A stretch of 63,740 bases of DNA, filler included, from Anaerolineae bacterium (lineage in GTDB: Bacteria; Chloroflexota; Anaerolineae; Epilineales; Epilineaceae), in NCBI GenBank assembly GCA_029262755.1. It is 4 parts of 4 records of this genome, joined end to end, with 100 filler letters (N's around TTAATTAATTAA, not from the genome) between each part and the next. Parts side by side here need not be neighbours in the genome. Positions count along the whole stretch, not along the records: positions 1 to 29,090 come from JAJCYU010000378.1; 3 more parts are not named here. One strand, given 5' to 3'. The notes under the pieces were generated by a model that worked only from the letters and a program-made list of their open reading frames with translations, was not told the origin of the DNA and did not search any database. Shown piece after piece: positions 8,789 to 18,787 of the stretch. The position numbers and the translations under genes were made by a program. Within the stretch, counting starts at the first letter, position 1; every line of letters starts with the position of its first letter.

Positions 8789-10765
8789 TCACGGAGAATC
8801 GAGCATCGGTAGCTCCAATCGCGATTCGCCAAGCGCGATATGCCACACGGTAGGGGGCTGATCGGCGAGCAACCCGAACGCATCCGTATCCGCTGCCGCG
8901 AAGGCAACACGCGTCCGCGTGCCGGCCGGCACGCGGATCGCGACGGGGCTGAACGATAGCGACACCATGTTCGTCTCGTCGCGATCTTGGATCGAAGGCT
9001 GGCCGGCATCGGTCGATGAGACGATCGATCCGCCTTCCGCCGAATCCGCGGCCGACGTCGATGCCCCAACCGATGGAGCATGCGCTTCCGACACGAGCAG
9101 AACCCTGCCGTCGGGCAGGATGGCTTCGAGATAGGCGTGCACGTGCGACACGGTCGGCTCGGTCCGTACAGCGAGCAAACCCTGTGGATCGCCCATCCAA
9201 ACGTGCTCTTGTGTCGACGGCGCGCTATCGAAGGTCAGGAGGGCGCTATCGCCTCGCTTGCGATCCGGCCAAGCCAGCTGCGCTTCGAGACGGCCGACGA
9301 AACGACCGAAGGGTCCCGAGGTGGCCTCGACACTCATCGCACTCGTGAGCTCGGCTTCCGACGCATCGGCCATGAGCGTCCCACCTTCGCCGAGATAGAA
9401 CACGTTGTCGGTTGCCGAAGCCGGTGGCCACCTGTCGCCGCGGAGCCAGCCGCCATGGTGGACGTGCGTCACGATCAGGCCGGGTTGCGCAACGTGCGCA
9501 CCGCCGCCGAGCGGCCACGTTGTCTCGTCCTCCACGTCCCATCGCGTCGAAGGCATCAATGCCGATTCCACAGAACCGCCGTCCGCGCCCTCAGCCGAAC
9601 CGGCAGCGGGCGCGTCTTCGTCGCCGGCTTGGGCGCCCGTCGCGTTCCGGAAAAATGCGATCATGGCGTCGAACTGTGCGGCAGGGGCAGGGTCCGCGGC
9701 TTGGTCCGGCTGCCCACCGGGCGCTGCATGCATGGCGCCCCCGGGCCCGAAGTGGCCAACGATCACGGTCTGTGGGGCATCGACGGCCGCGAAGCGTGCC
9801 AGCGCGGAGCGCGCCGTCTCGCCTTCCCACCAGCTTGCCCACAGCTGCACGGGCACGCCGCCCGCTGCCAGCTGCGCCGCATAGCGATGGGGGGACCAGA
9901 GCTCCAACTCGCCGTTGCCCGCCGCCACCAACCGACCCGTCGTACGATGCTCTGCGATCGCGGCTGCGCGCAACGCACCGTCCTCGTCGCCGTCCACGGG
10001 ACGTGGACCGAGAAAGAGCGGCGCCACCTCATCACAATCTCGGGGTGAGAAGCCGCACGGATCGCCCGCGTCCAACGCTTTGGCGCGGCGTTCCCGTTCG
10101 GCGAGGACCGGCTGCAGCGGCAGCCCGCCCGGCGCGATGCGCATACGACCCCGATTCCAGTCCGCGAAACGAAGCGAGGCCGCTCGGATAGCGTCGTGTC
10201 CGCGGACCAACACGGCGTCGACAAGAATCGCGTCCTCCTTCTCGCCCCACAGCAGCACGTCGCCGTTGGACCATGGACGGCCAGTCACCCAGTCCACGAC
10301 GGCGATCCCGTCGGCGGCATCGACGGCGCCCCCGCCGCCAGTGGTGTCATCGCGCGTGCCGTACGAAGCGCCTGTGCCGCGTGCATCGTAGACCACGAGG
10401 GCGAACTGCGCCCCGGTGAAGCGGTCGACAGCCCAACCGATGGGCCGATCCACGCCAACGCGTCGCCGCATCTCGAAGTCGCGCCACTGCGTGGTCGGCC
10501 GAATCACGGTTGGCCACGGGCCCGCGCCCTCCGACGGCAGCCACGCGTCGACGGCGAGGCGCGTACCATCGCCGCTGGGCACATATTCGGATTGACGGAC
10601 TCGGTCCGAATCGGCGTTGGAGCAACCGGCTAGCAGAAGGGCGCAAACCATAAGAAACGACACCGCCGCCGAGGTACGCGAAAATTCGCCCCAGCGCAGG
10701 AAGTACGGGCTAACAATGGTCACCGGGGTGTCATCCTCGAAGGGATCGTGGGAACCGCAGGACAT
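8789..10765 (-). CDS. CocE/NonD (S15-like) hydrolase-family lipoprotein, catalytic motifs degenerate
   Basis: Lipobox LLAGC; 'DGTRLAVDAWLP', 'DARGTGASYG', 'VDWVTGRPWSNG', C-terminal PepX-like domain ending 'SRLELP'. Start uncertain (could be ATG near 10650). Confidence 0.82.
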   Translation of the reverse strand: MSCGSHDPFEDDTPVTIVSPYFLRWGEFSRTSAAVSFLMVCALLLAGCSNADSDRVRQSEYVPSGDGTRLAVDAWLPSEGAGPWPTVIRPTTQWRDFEMRRRVGVDRPIGWAVDRFTGAQFALVVYDARGTGASYGTRDDTTGGGGAVDAADGIAVVDWVTGRPWSNGDVLLWGEKEDAILVDAVLVRGHDAIRAASLRFADWNRGRMRIAPGGLPLQPVLAERERRAKALDAGDPCGFSPRDCDEVAPLFLGPRPVDGDEDGALRAAAIAEHRTTGRLVAAGNGELELWSPHRYAAQLAAGGVPVQLWASWWEGETARSALARFAAVDAPQTVIVGHFGPGGAMHAAPGGQPDQAADPAPAAQFDAMIAFFRNATGAQAGDEDAPAAGSAEGADGGSVESALMPSTRWDVEDETTWPLGGGAHVAQPGLIVTHVHHGGWLRGDRWPPASATDNVFYLGEGGTLMADASEAELTSAMSVEATSGPFGRFVGRLEAQLAWPDRKRGDSALLTFDSAPSTQEHVWMGDPQGLLAVRTEPTVSHVHAYLEAILPDGRVLLVSEAHAPSVGASTSAADSAEGGSIVSSTDAGQPSIQDRDETNMVSLSFSPVAIRVPAGTRTRVAFAAADTDAFGLLADQPPTVWHIALGESRLELPMLDSP

Positions 10766-10840
10766 GCGACGCGGGCAGCGCGCGAACCTAGCGCAACCGG
10801 GATGGCTCGTCGCTATGCAATTCGCCGATATGGACGGTGG

Positions 10841-10848
10841 ATTATAAT
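10841..10848. promoter_or_regulatory. Palindromic ATTATAAT giving a TATAAT -10 box on both strands
   Basis: Self-complementary AT-rich octamer in the 112-bp gap between two divergent genes. Confidence 0.55.
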
Positions 10849-10877
10849 CTCGCCTCTTTCATTGGGAGCACGCCACG

Positions 10878-12203
10878 ATGAGCCCGACCCCGGATCCGTC
10901 CGAAGACGCGCCTCGACCCGCCGCCGCGACGCCGCTGTCAGACGCCGCTGCGAGCGGGCCCGAATACTTCGACATCGAGTCGGTCGCCGCGGATTGCCTA
11001 TGGATCCAATCGATTGCGGCGCCGACCGGCGCCGAGCACGATCGCGCGGCGTGGGTGGCCGACCGAATGCGCGCGCTCGGCCTTCGCGACGTGACGGTGG
11101 ATGACACCCCCAACGTGTACGCCCGCCTGCCGGGAGCCGGCGGGCCCGCAGTCCCGAGTAGCCCTGCGGACGGGAGCAACGCCGCGGACGAGAATGGATC
11201 TGAGGACGGAGAGGGAACCGGCCATCGGGGCGCGCTCGAGGCCGTGAACCGTTCCCGTCTCCTGCGCACCATCATGCTCTCGGCCCACACCGACACCGTC
11301 TTTCCTGCGTCGGTCGATCTGACCTCACGGCGTGAAGGCGACACGCTGTTCGGGCCGGCCATCGGCGACAACAGCATGGGCGTCGCCGGCTTGCTCGCGT
11401 TGGCCGAGAGCTTATCGCGCTGCGGGCCCTTTCGCCGCGACATCTGGTTCGTTGCGAACGCCGCGGAAGAGGGGCTGGGCGACCTGCGGGGCATGCGTGC
11501 GGCCGTAAGCCGACTCGGCGGGCCCGAAGGCATCGCAGCTTCCATCGTGTTGGAAGGTACGTCGTCGGGTCCGTGGTTGGTCACCCACCGCGCGCTGGGT
11601 TCGAAGCGCTACCGCGTGGACGTTGCGGCTACGGGTGGCCACAGCTGGGGCGATTTCGGCTCACCCAGCGCCGTGCACTACCTGCTTCGCCTCGCGGAGC
11701 CGATCACGCGTTGGACCCTTCCGGCGCGGCCGCGAGCCAGCTTCAACGTCGGCGTGATCGATGGTGGCGCGTCGGTCAACACGATCGCGGAGCACGCCCA
11801 CCTGCTGCTGGATCTGCGCAGCGAAGAATCAGGGACGCTTTCCGCACTGGACCGCCGGGCACAACGCTTGTTCCAGGCGGCCGCCGACAGGGCGCCCGAC
11901 GGCGTGGACATTACCTGGCGCCTCGTCGGCGATCGCCCGAGCGGCTCGATCTCCGCGGAGCATCCGCTCGTGCGCCGCGCGATTGCTTCCGGAGCGGCGG
12001 TCGGGGTGCCGGAGGACAAGATCGTGTTGTCGATGTCCAGCACGGATGCGAACGTGCCGCTGGCCGAAGGCATTCCTGCGGTCACGCTCTATCTCACCTT
12101 GGGCGGCGACGCGCACCGGGAGAGCGAGTGGCTCAGCCTCTCCCGGCTGCAAACGGGCCTACGCTGGGCGCACCAGCTGGTCCGCGAGACGGCGAACACG
12201 TAG
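10878..12203 (+). CDS. M20/M25/M40 family metallopeptidase
   Basis: 'SAHTDTVF', 'IGDNS', 'AEEGLGDL', 'GGHSWGDFG', 'GGASVNTIA', 'STDAN', 'AHRESE'. Confidence 0.92.
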   Translation: MSPTPDPSEDAPRPAAATPLSDAAASGPEYFDIESVAADCLWIQSIAAPTGAEHDRAAWVADRMRALGLRDVTVDDTPNVYARLPGAGGPAVPSSPADGSNAADENGSEDGEGTGHRGALEAVNRSRLLRTIMLSAHTDTVFPASVDLTSRREGDTLFGPAIGDNSMGVAGLLALAESLSRCGPFRRDIWFVANAAEEGLGDLRGMRAAVSRLGGPEGIAASIVLEGTSSGPWLVTHRALGSKRYRVDVAATGGHSWGDFGSPSAVHYLLRLAEPITRWTLPARPRASFNVGVIDGGASVNTIAEHAHLLLDLRSEESGTLSALDRRAQRLFQAAADRAPDGVDITWRLVGDRPSGSISAEHPLVRRAIASGAAVGVPEDKIVLSMSSTDANVPLAEGIPAVTLYLTLGGDAHRESEWLSLSRLQTGLRWAHQLVRETANT

Positions 12204-12354
12204 CGACAGGAATCTACAGAAAGCTACCGTCGGATCCGTTCGAGACCGCACTCCGCCACGCGTCGATTTACATCCCATCCTCGCACTCGACCCTGCCACG
12301 CACGGCATCAAACCGCGGCGGGCGCACTACTTCACCCGACACCGGCTCACCGCA

Positions 12355-13566
12355 TCAATCCGCGGCGGGCGCCCCACGCGCCGCGCTCTCGGAATGCAGG
12401 CGGTTCAGCGTTCCCTCGACAAGGTCGAGCCCTCGCTTCATTACGTCCAGCCCGTTGGTGAACGCGAACCGCAGATGGCCCTCGCCGGCGGGACCGAAAG
12501 CCGTGCCGGGACTGCACAGCACGCCATCGCGCAGGATCTCCATCGCGATCGTCTCGCTGTCGAGGCCCGGCACCTGCACGCGCGGGAAGGCATAGAACGC
12601 GGCGCGTGGACGGTGGCAATCGACGCCCGGCATGGCATCCAAGCGCTCGACGATGACGTCTCTGCGCTTCCGGAACGCCTGGGCCATCTCACGCGGATAG
12701 TCCGGCGCGTGACGCAGCGCCGCGAGCACGGCGTACTGCATCGCCTCGTTCGAGCATGCGGTCACGTAATACTGGAGCTTCGAAAGCTGTTCCATCGCGC
12801 CCAGGTGCGGGCTCAGCAGATAGCCGATACGCCAACCCGTCATCGCGAACGTCTTGCTGAAGCTGTTGACCAGGATCACCTTGTCGTATTGCTCGGTCAG
12901 GAAGGACACGTGGTGCCCGTTGTACACGACCTTGTCGTAGACCTCGTCGCTGATGATCCAAAGATCGTGGCGCATCGCAAATTCGAGCAGCGCGTCGCGC
13001 TGCGCCTCGTCGATCGTGGCGCCGGTTGGATTGCCGGGGAAGTTGTAGAGGATCGCCCGGGTCCGATCGTCGACCAACGCTTCCAATTCCTCGACCTGCG
13101 GCACGAAACCATGTTCGTGACGACACGCATAGGTGCGCGCCTCGGCGCCCATGAGCCCGGCGTGGGGCACGTACAACGGGAAGCCGGGGTCCGGCACGAG
13201 GATCACGTCTCCGGGATCGAGCAGGGTCATGTTCATTACAAGCAGCGCGTTTGTACCGCTCATCGTGACGCAGACATTGCCGGCGCCGAGCCCCGGAACG
13301 AAGTCGCTCCATTGATCGGCGATCGCTTCCCGCAACACGGGCAGACCCGCCTGCGTTGTGTACTTGTTGTGACCGTCCTTCATCGCCTGATAGAAGGCCT
13401 CGATCGCGACGTCCGGTGGCTGAAAGTCCGGTTCGCCGAGCCCAAAATGGATCGTGTCCTCGCCGGCTAGATCGAACATCTTGCGGATGCCCGTCGGCTG
13501 GATGTTCAGCGCGCGAGCCGCAAAGTGCGCGGTTCTGGTCGCTGGGTCGTTTGGTTCGTGGACCAT
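12355..13566 (-). CDS. PLP-dependent aminotransferase class I/II
   Basis: 'GLGEPDF', 'NFPGNPTG', 'ISDEVY', 'NSFSKTFAMTGWRIGY'; GGAG SD before ATG 13566. Confidence 0.93.
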   Translation of the reverse strand: MVHEPNDPATRTAHFAARALNIQPTGIRKMFDLAGEDTIHFGLGEPDFQPPDVAIEAFYQAMKDGHNKYTTQAGLPVLREAIADQWSDFVPGLGAGNVCVTMSGTNALLVMNMTLLDPGDVILVPDPGFPLYVPHAGLMGAEARTYACRHEHGFVPQVEELEALVDDRTRAILYNFPGNPTGATIDEAQRDALLEFAMRHDLWIISDEVYDKVVYNGHHVSFLTEQYDKVILVNSFSKTFAMTGWRIGYLLSPHLGAMEQLSKLQYYVTACSNEAMQYAVLAALRHAPDYPREMAQAFRKRRDVIVERLDAMPGVDCHRPRAAFYAFPRVQVPGLDSETIAMEILRDGVLCSPGTAFGPAGEGHLRFAFTNGLDVMKRGLDLVEGTLNRLHSESAARGAPAAD

Positions 13567-13871
13567 GGAAGAGCTCCGCAATGGTGATCCCGAGGTCGGG
13601 TCCGCCATGCTACCGGGCAGGCGAGCGCGGGTCAACGAGCCCTGCGCGGTTGCTTGCCGATCTAGGACGTGGCCCCTAGCATCCGGCGCGTAGCTTCTGG
13701 CTCAACTGCGCGCACGACGAATTTCAACGCGTGGACTTCGTGACCAGGTGTCGTGCTTCGATCGCGCCGAGCAGGTGGCGCCCAACGTAGGCCGCGCCGA
13801 GCAAATCGCGCTCAACAAAGATCCCACTGCCCCACGCTGCATCGTCGACCCGCCCCGAACCGGAGATCCCG

Positions 13872-15170
13872 ATGACCCTGCATTCCGATCCCAGCGTCGC
13901 CCCCGATGCACGCAGCTTCGTTGATGTCGCGACGGATTCGCCGTTCCCGATCCAGAATCTGCCCTTCGGCGCCGCGCGCCTGTCCAACGATCGAGAACGC
14001 GTGGTGAGCCGAATCGGCTCGTGGATCATCGACCTGGCCGCGCTCGACGCCGCGGGCCACTTCGCGGACACGCCGGCTGCGGGCAAGGCCCTCTTCGATC
14101 TGCCAAGCCTCAACCGTTTCAGCGCGGCCGGCCGCCCCACATGGCGAGCCGTCCGTTCCCGCCTGGCGGCGCTACTCGCCGCCGACGCGCCGACGTTGCG
14201 CGACGACGAGACGCTGCGCGCGGCCGTCCTGCACGATTCTACGAACGTGACGATGCTGATGCCCATGGAAATCGGCGACTACACGGACTTCTATAGCTCG
14301 CGCGAGCACGCCACGAACGTCGGCACGATGTTCCGCGACCCAGAGAACGCATTGCTGCCCAACTGGCTACACCTGCCCGTCGGCTACCACGGGCGCGCCA
14401 GCTCCGTCGTGCTGGATGGGACGCCCGTTCGCCGGCCCCGCGGCCAGACCATCCCCGCCGATGCCGACGCCCCCGTCTTCGGACCGAGCCGGCTTCTCGA
14501 TTTCGAGCTGGAGATGGGCTTCTTCACAGGGCCGGGCAATGCCCTCGGCGAACCGATCCCGGTCGACCAAGCCGACGCGCATATCCTCGGCCTGGTGCTG
14601 GTCAACGACTGGAGCGCGCGCGACATCCAGAAGTGGGAGTACGTGCCGCTCGGCCCCTTCAACGCGAAGAACTTTGCCACCACCATCTCGCCGTGGGTGA
14701 TCACGCTGGACGCGCTGGCGCCCTTCCGCGAAGCCGGTCCCGTCCAAGATCCCAAGCCTTTGCCCTACTTGCAAGAGTCCGACGCGTGGTCGCTGGACAT
14801 TCAGCTCGAGGTTGCGCTGCGGACGGAGACGATGCGCGGCGAAGGCCATGTCATCGCACGCAGCAACGCGCGGCACCTGTATTGGAACATTCGCCAACAG
14901 TTGGCCCACCACACGATCACCGGATGCAACACGCGTCCGGGCGACCTCATGGCCTCCGGCACGATCAGCGGTCCGACGCCCGATTCGCGCGGCTCGATGC
15001 TGGAGCTCGCGTGGCGCGGAACGCAACCGCTGAGCCTACCCGGCGGCGAAGAGCGTCGCTTCCTGGCCGACGGCGACGAAGTGATCCTGCGCGGCTGGTG
15101 CGAAGGCGACGGCTACCGGATCGGCTTCGGCGAGGCCCGCGGCATCGTGCTTCCCGCGCTTGAAGGCTGA
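13872..15170 (+). CDS. fahA: Fumarylacetoacetase
   Basis: 'FPIQNLPFG', 'GDYTDFYSSREHATNVG', 'YHGRASS', 'LDFELE', 'NDWSARDIQKWEYVPLGPF'. Confidence 0.96.
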   Translation: MTLHSDPSVAPDARSFVDVATDSPFPIQNLPFGAARLSNDRERVVSRIGSWIIDLAALDAAGHFADTPAAGKALFDLPSLNRFSAAGRPTWRAVRSRLAALLAADAPTLRDDETLRAAVLHDSTNVTMLMPMEIGDYTDFYSSREHATNVGTMFRDPENALLPNWLHLPVGYHGRASSVVLDGTPVRRPRGQTIPADADAPVFGPSRLLDFELEMGFFTGPGNALGEPIPVDQADAHILGLVLVNDWSARDIQKWEYVPLGPFNAKNFATTISPWVITLDALAPFREAGPVQDPKPLPYLQESDAWSLDIQLEVALRTETMRGEGHVIARSNARHLYWNIRQQLAHHTITGCNTRPGDLMASGTISGPTPDSRGSMLELAWRGTQPLSLPGGEERRFLADGDEVILRGWCEGDGYRIGFGEARGIVLPALEG

Positions 15171-15374
15171 GCGAGGGGCAACGAACAAGACAGTGCCGCA
15201 GCGACACGGTATTGCGGTGCGGGCGCGATCGGGGTCACGGTCGACCGCTGCGATTCGCCGGTCGATTGCACCTGGGTCTTCGGTGTGACGTAGCAACAAG
15301 AGCAACGATGGGTCGAGCAGATCCGACCACGACAACGCTACCGGCGCTACCAGCACCCGCCCGCACTACACGCG

Positions 15375-15989
15375 CTACCGCCGCTCGACCCCGATCCGGC
15401 CGGCGCTGCGCTCCGCGACCGCAGCCTCCAAGCCGTCGACTTCACCCTGCGGAATGCGCGCGGTTAGGGTCACGGCGGCCTCGAAGCGTTCGTCCAAGAC
15501 CTCCGCGCCGTGTTCGCTGAGAAGGCGACCGATCGACTCGTACATGGGATAGGGCGTTCGGATCCGAATCGCGACCCAATGCACCTTTTCTATGGGCTGC
15601 GCCATCGCGAGCACGGCCTGTGTCGCGGCTGTGTAGGCGCGCACCAACCCGCCCGTGCCGAGCTTCGTGCCGCCGAAGTAGCGTGTGACCACGACGGTGA
15701 GATCGCCGAGCCCGCTACCGCGCAGCACGGCCAGCATCGGGGCGCCCGCCGTGCCCGAGGGCTCGCCGTCGTCGCTCTTGCCCTCCGTCACGCTCGCCCC
15801 GTGGCCGACGATGAACGCGAAGCAATGGTGGCTGGCGTCGGAGAATTCTGCACGCCGGTCATCGCGAAACGCTTGCGCCGAATCGACATCAGCCGTGCCG
15901 CCCAGATCCGCGATGAAACGCGAACCGCGCACCGAGAACTCGGTGCGCGCGTTCGCTGCAGGTACCAACCGGGCGGTTGTTTCCGTCAC
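15375..15989 (-). CDS. YigZ/IMPACT family protein
   Basis: 'SRFIA', 'ASHHCFAF', 'SDDGEPSGTAGAPML', 'VTRYFGGTKLGTGGLVRAY'; start placed at GTG 15989. Confidence 0.92.
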   Translation of the reverse strand: MTETTARLVPAANARTEFSVRGSRFIADLGGTADVDSAQAFRDDRRAEFSDASHHCFAFIVGHGASVTEGKSDDGEPSGTAGAPMLAVLRGSGLGDLTVVVTRYFGGTKLGTGGLVRAYTAATQAVLAMAQPIEKVHWVAIRIRTPYPMYESIGRLLSEHGAEVLDERFEAAVTLTARIPQGEVDGLEAAVAERSAGRIGVERR

Positions 15990-16057
15990 GCCCGTACGAC
16001 GTTCTTGCGAGAAGACGAGATAGCCGTTGGTCTCCTCAAGCGAAGATCCGAAACGCC

Positions 16058-16288
16058 TCAGGCATAGAGGCGAAGGTTGCGTGCCTGTGTCTGCTTGTGC
16101 GCCTGCGCGGCGCTGAGCAGGTGGGCGACCCAGCCTAGCAGACCGCCCGAACCCAACCAGAAGCCAGGCGTTATGATGAACCACACGATCGCCCAACCAA
16201 AGCGACCGGCGTAGACTTGTCCGACGCCGGGCAAGATGAGCGAAAGAATCGCCGCGAGACCTGGATTTCGTAGAGGATCGTTGACCAT
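16058..16288 (-). CDS. Small membrane protein (TM2-like 'NPGLAAILSLILPGVGQVY')
   Basis: Recognisable conserved motif; GGAG SD and TACAAT upstream. Confidence 0.75.
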   Translation of the reverse strand: MVNDPLRNPGLAAILSLILPGVGQVYAGRFGWAIVWFIITPGFWLGSGGLLGWVAHLLSAAQAHKQTQARNLRLYA

Positions 16289-16414
16289 GTGTTCACACTC
16301 CATGTCGGGGAAGGCGGGGCTGTTGCCGCGCGCCGAATTCGAAGCACAAAGCGCGTGCGTTCACCCCATTGTACGACCGCGCAGCCGCCAGGTTTCGCCT
16401 AGAACGCGTACCGT

Positions 16415-17191
16415 ATGCCGTTGATTGCGTTGCCGGGCCTCGATCTGTACTACGAATCCCATGGACCTGAGACCGGCCCTGCGGTCGTGCTCTTACATGG
16501 TGCAACCGAGACCTTCGGCGTTAGCTGGCCCAAGCAAGTACCGGCGCTCTCCGCATCTTTCCGGGTCCTTGGTATCGACATGCGGGGCCACGGCCGTAGC
16601 ACCAATCCTGCCGGTCGCCTCGATCTGCGCACGATGGCGGACGACGTGGTGCATCTGCTGGACGCGCTCGAGCTGCAAACGGCCCACGTGTGCGGCTTCA
16701 GCGGCGGTGCGTCCACGGCGTTGTTCACCGCCGCCCGTCATCCGAATCGCCTGCGCTCCGTGACGTTGATCAGCAACAACGTCGAGCGCGACGAGGCGCG
16801 TCACGGCGCCGGCTTCTGGGATCCTGCCCGGATCGACGAACGCGACCCGCTCTGGCGGCGCGCGATGCGCAAATGGCACGCCATCGATCCCGACACCTTG
16901 CTCTCGTGGTGGGCGGAGGAAGATCGCATACGCCCGAACTTCTCGGCCGCCGAGCTGGCCGCCATCCATGTTCCGGCCCTCGTCGCCGCAGGCGACCGCG
17001 ACCCCGTAGTCCCCTTGGAGCAGACGCTGCGTCTATACCGCGGGCTCCCGGACGCGCGCCTGCTCGTGCTGCCCGGTGTCGGTCATGGCGCCCCGCATAG
17101 GGCTCCCCAGCTGCTCAACGCGGCCCTGTTGGCGTTCTTCCGCAACGTGGAGCAAACACGCTCGCTGGAGCAGGTCCCAAGCCCGCGCTAG
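16415..17191 (+). CDS. Alpha/beta fold hydrolase
   Basis: 'LLHG', 'DMRGHGRS', nucleophile 'GFSGG', 'GDRD', 'GH'. Confidence 0.92.
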   Translation: MPLIALPGLDLYYESHGPETGPAVVLLHGATETFGVSWPKQVPALSASFRVLGIDMRGHGRSTNPAGRLDLRTMADDVVHLLDALELQTAHVCGFSGGASTALFTAARHPNRLRSVTLISNNVERDEARHGAGFWDPARIDERDPLWRRAMRKWHAIDPDTLLSWWAEEDRIRPNFSAAELAAIHVPALVAAGDRDPVVPLEQTLRLYRGLPDARLLVLPGVGHGAPHRAPQLLNAALLAFFRNVEQTRSLEQVPSPR

Positions 17192-17227
17192 AATCGAGCA
17201 CCATCCCTCATCCTCAGGAGCCCCATC

Positions 17228-18787
17228 ATGCCGAATCCGAATGAAGCCCAGGCGGTAGGTCCCGCCTTCGACGCCCTCCTGGAGGACGTGCAACGCCTGA
17301 ACGATCTTGGCAAGGCCGCCGCCGTGATCGGGTGGGACCGCGAGGTCAACATGCCGCCGGGAGGCGTCCAGGCGCGCATCCAGCAGATGACGACGCTCAG
17401 CCGCCTCATCTACGAGATGGGTACCTCCGACGAGATGGGCGAGCGTCTCGAACGAGCTGAAGCCGAACAGCAGGGCGCGGATCCCGAGAGCTTTGTCGGG
17501 GCCCTCTTGCATGTGCTTCGGCGCGACTTCGATGACGCCCGCATGTTGAGCTCCGACTTCGTCACCCGCCGGTCGCAGATCTCCGGCCAAGCCCACCAAG
17601 CTTGGACCAAGGCGCGCGAGGAGAACGATTTCGAAGCCTTCCAGCCGCACCTCGAAAAAGTCGTCGAGTTGGGCCGCGAGTTGGCCGGACTCTACGGCTA
17701 TGAGGACACGCCCTACGATGCGCTGGTCAACCGCTACGAGCGCGGGATCACCACGGCCGAGGTCGCACGGCTCTTCGAGGACGCGCGCGCGATCATCGTG
17801 CCGCTACGGGAAGCAATCGAGTCGAGCGGCGTCGAGATCGACGACTCGATCCTGCACCGTGAGTACGACGTGGCCGCCCAAGAGCGCTACGTGCGCACGC
17901 TCGCCGAGGCTGTCGGCTACGACCTGAATCGCGGTCACATCGGCACCGCGGTGCACCCCTTCGCAACGAGCTTCGCGCAGGGCGATTGCCGCATCACCAC
18001 CCGCTACTACCCCCGACACATCAACGCCGCTCTCTTCGGCACGATGCACGAATGCGGTCACGCGATGTACGAGATGGGCACCGACCCCGCCTTCGCGCGC
18101 ACGCCGCTCGCCCGCGGCGCGTCCTCCGGCATCCACGAGTCGCAGTCGCGCATGATCGAGAACGCGGTCGGGCGCAGCCTACCCTTCTGGCAGGCGCACT
18201 ATCCGGGCTTGCAGAACGCCTTCCCTTCCGCGCTTTCCGATGTCCCCGTGTCGGACTTCCACGCCGCCATCAACAAGGTGCAAGCCTCCCCGATCCGCGT
18301 CGAGGCCGACGAGCTGACCTACAACCTGCACATCATCCTGCGCTTCGAGCTCGAGCAAGCCTTGATCTCGGGCGATCTCGCCGTGGCCGACCTGCCGACC
18401 GCATGGAATGACCAGATGCAGGCCCTCCTCGGGATCACTCCAGAAAGCGACACCGTGGGCGTGTTGCAGGATATCCACTGGACGGGCCCAAGCTTCGGCT
18501 ACTTCCCCACCTACGCGCTCGGCAACCTGTACGCCGCGCAGCTGATGGAGGCGGCGGTAGAGCAAGCACCGCAGGTGGCAAGCGATCTGGATCGCGGTAG
18601 TACCGAAGCCCTCCTGGTCTGGCTACGCGACAACGTCCACCGCCACGGTCGCGTCCTGCTGCCGGCTGAAATCTGCCGGCGCGCAACGGGCCGCGCCCTC
18701 GACGTCGGCGCCTTCGATCGCTACGTGAACGACAAGTTCGCGACGTTGTACGGCCTTACCCGTGCGGGCGGCGCCGCCCAGGTATGA
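17228..18787 (+). CDS. Carboxypeptidase, M32 family
   Basis: 'HPF', 'DCRITTRY', 'HECGH', 'HESQS', 'IRVEADE', 'QDIHW', 'GYFPTY'. Confidence 0.95.
   Translation: MPNPNEAQAVGPAFDALLEDVQRLNDLGKAAAVIGWDREVNMPPGGVQARIQQMTTLSRLIYEMGTSDEMGERLERAEAEQQGADPESFVGALLHVLRRDFDDARMLSSDFVTRRSQISGQAHQAWTKAREENDFEAFQPHLEKVVELGRELAGLYGYEDTPYDALVNRYERGITTAEVARLFEDARAIIVPLREAIESSGVEIDDSILHREYDVAAQERYVRTLAEAVGYDLNRGHIGTAVHPFATSFAQGDCRITTRYYPRHINAALFGTMHECGHAMYEMGTDPAFARTPLARGASSGIHESQSRMIENAVGRSLPFWQAHYPGLQNAFPSALSDVPVSDFHAAINKVQASPIRVEADELTYNLHIILRFELEQALISGDLAVADLPTAWNDQMQALLGITPESDTVGVLQDIHWTGPSFGYFPTYALGNLYAAQLMEAAVEQAPQVASDLDRGSTEALLVWLRDNVHRHGRVLLPAEICRRATGRALDVGAFDRYVNDKFATLYGLTRAGGAAQV

Noticed and set aside
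8789..8815. CocE C-terminal 'RLELP' and GT-C terminal 'EIVLP' as YLP tags
   Set aside because: The CocE ending is a normal last strand of that family, and the GT-C ending lacks the following hydrophobic/basic residues.
12355..15170. Tyrosine catabolic cluster (aminotransferase + fahA)
   Set aside because: No hppD, hmgA or maiA nearby, and aminotransferase specificity cannot be read from sequence.
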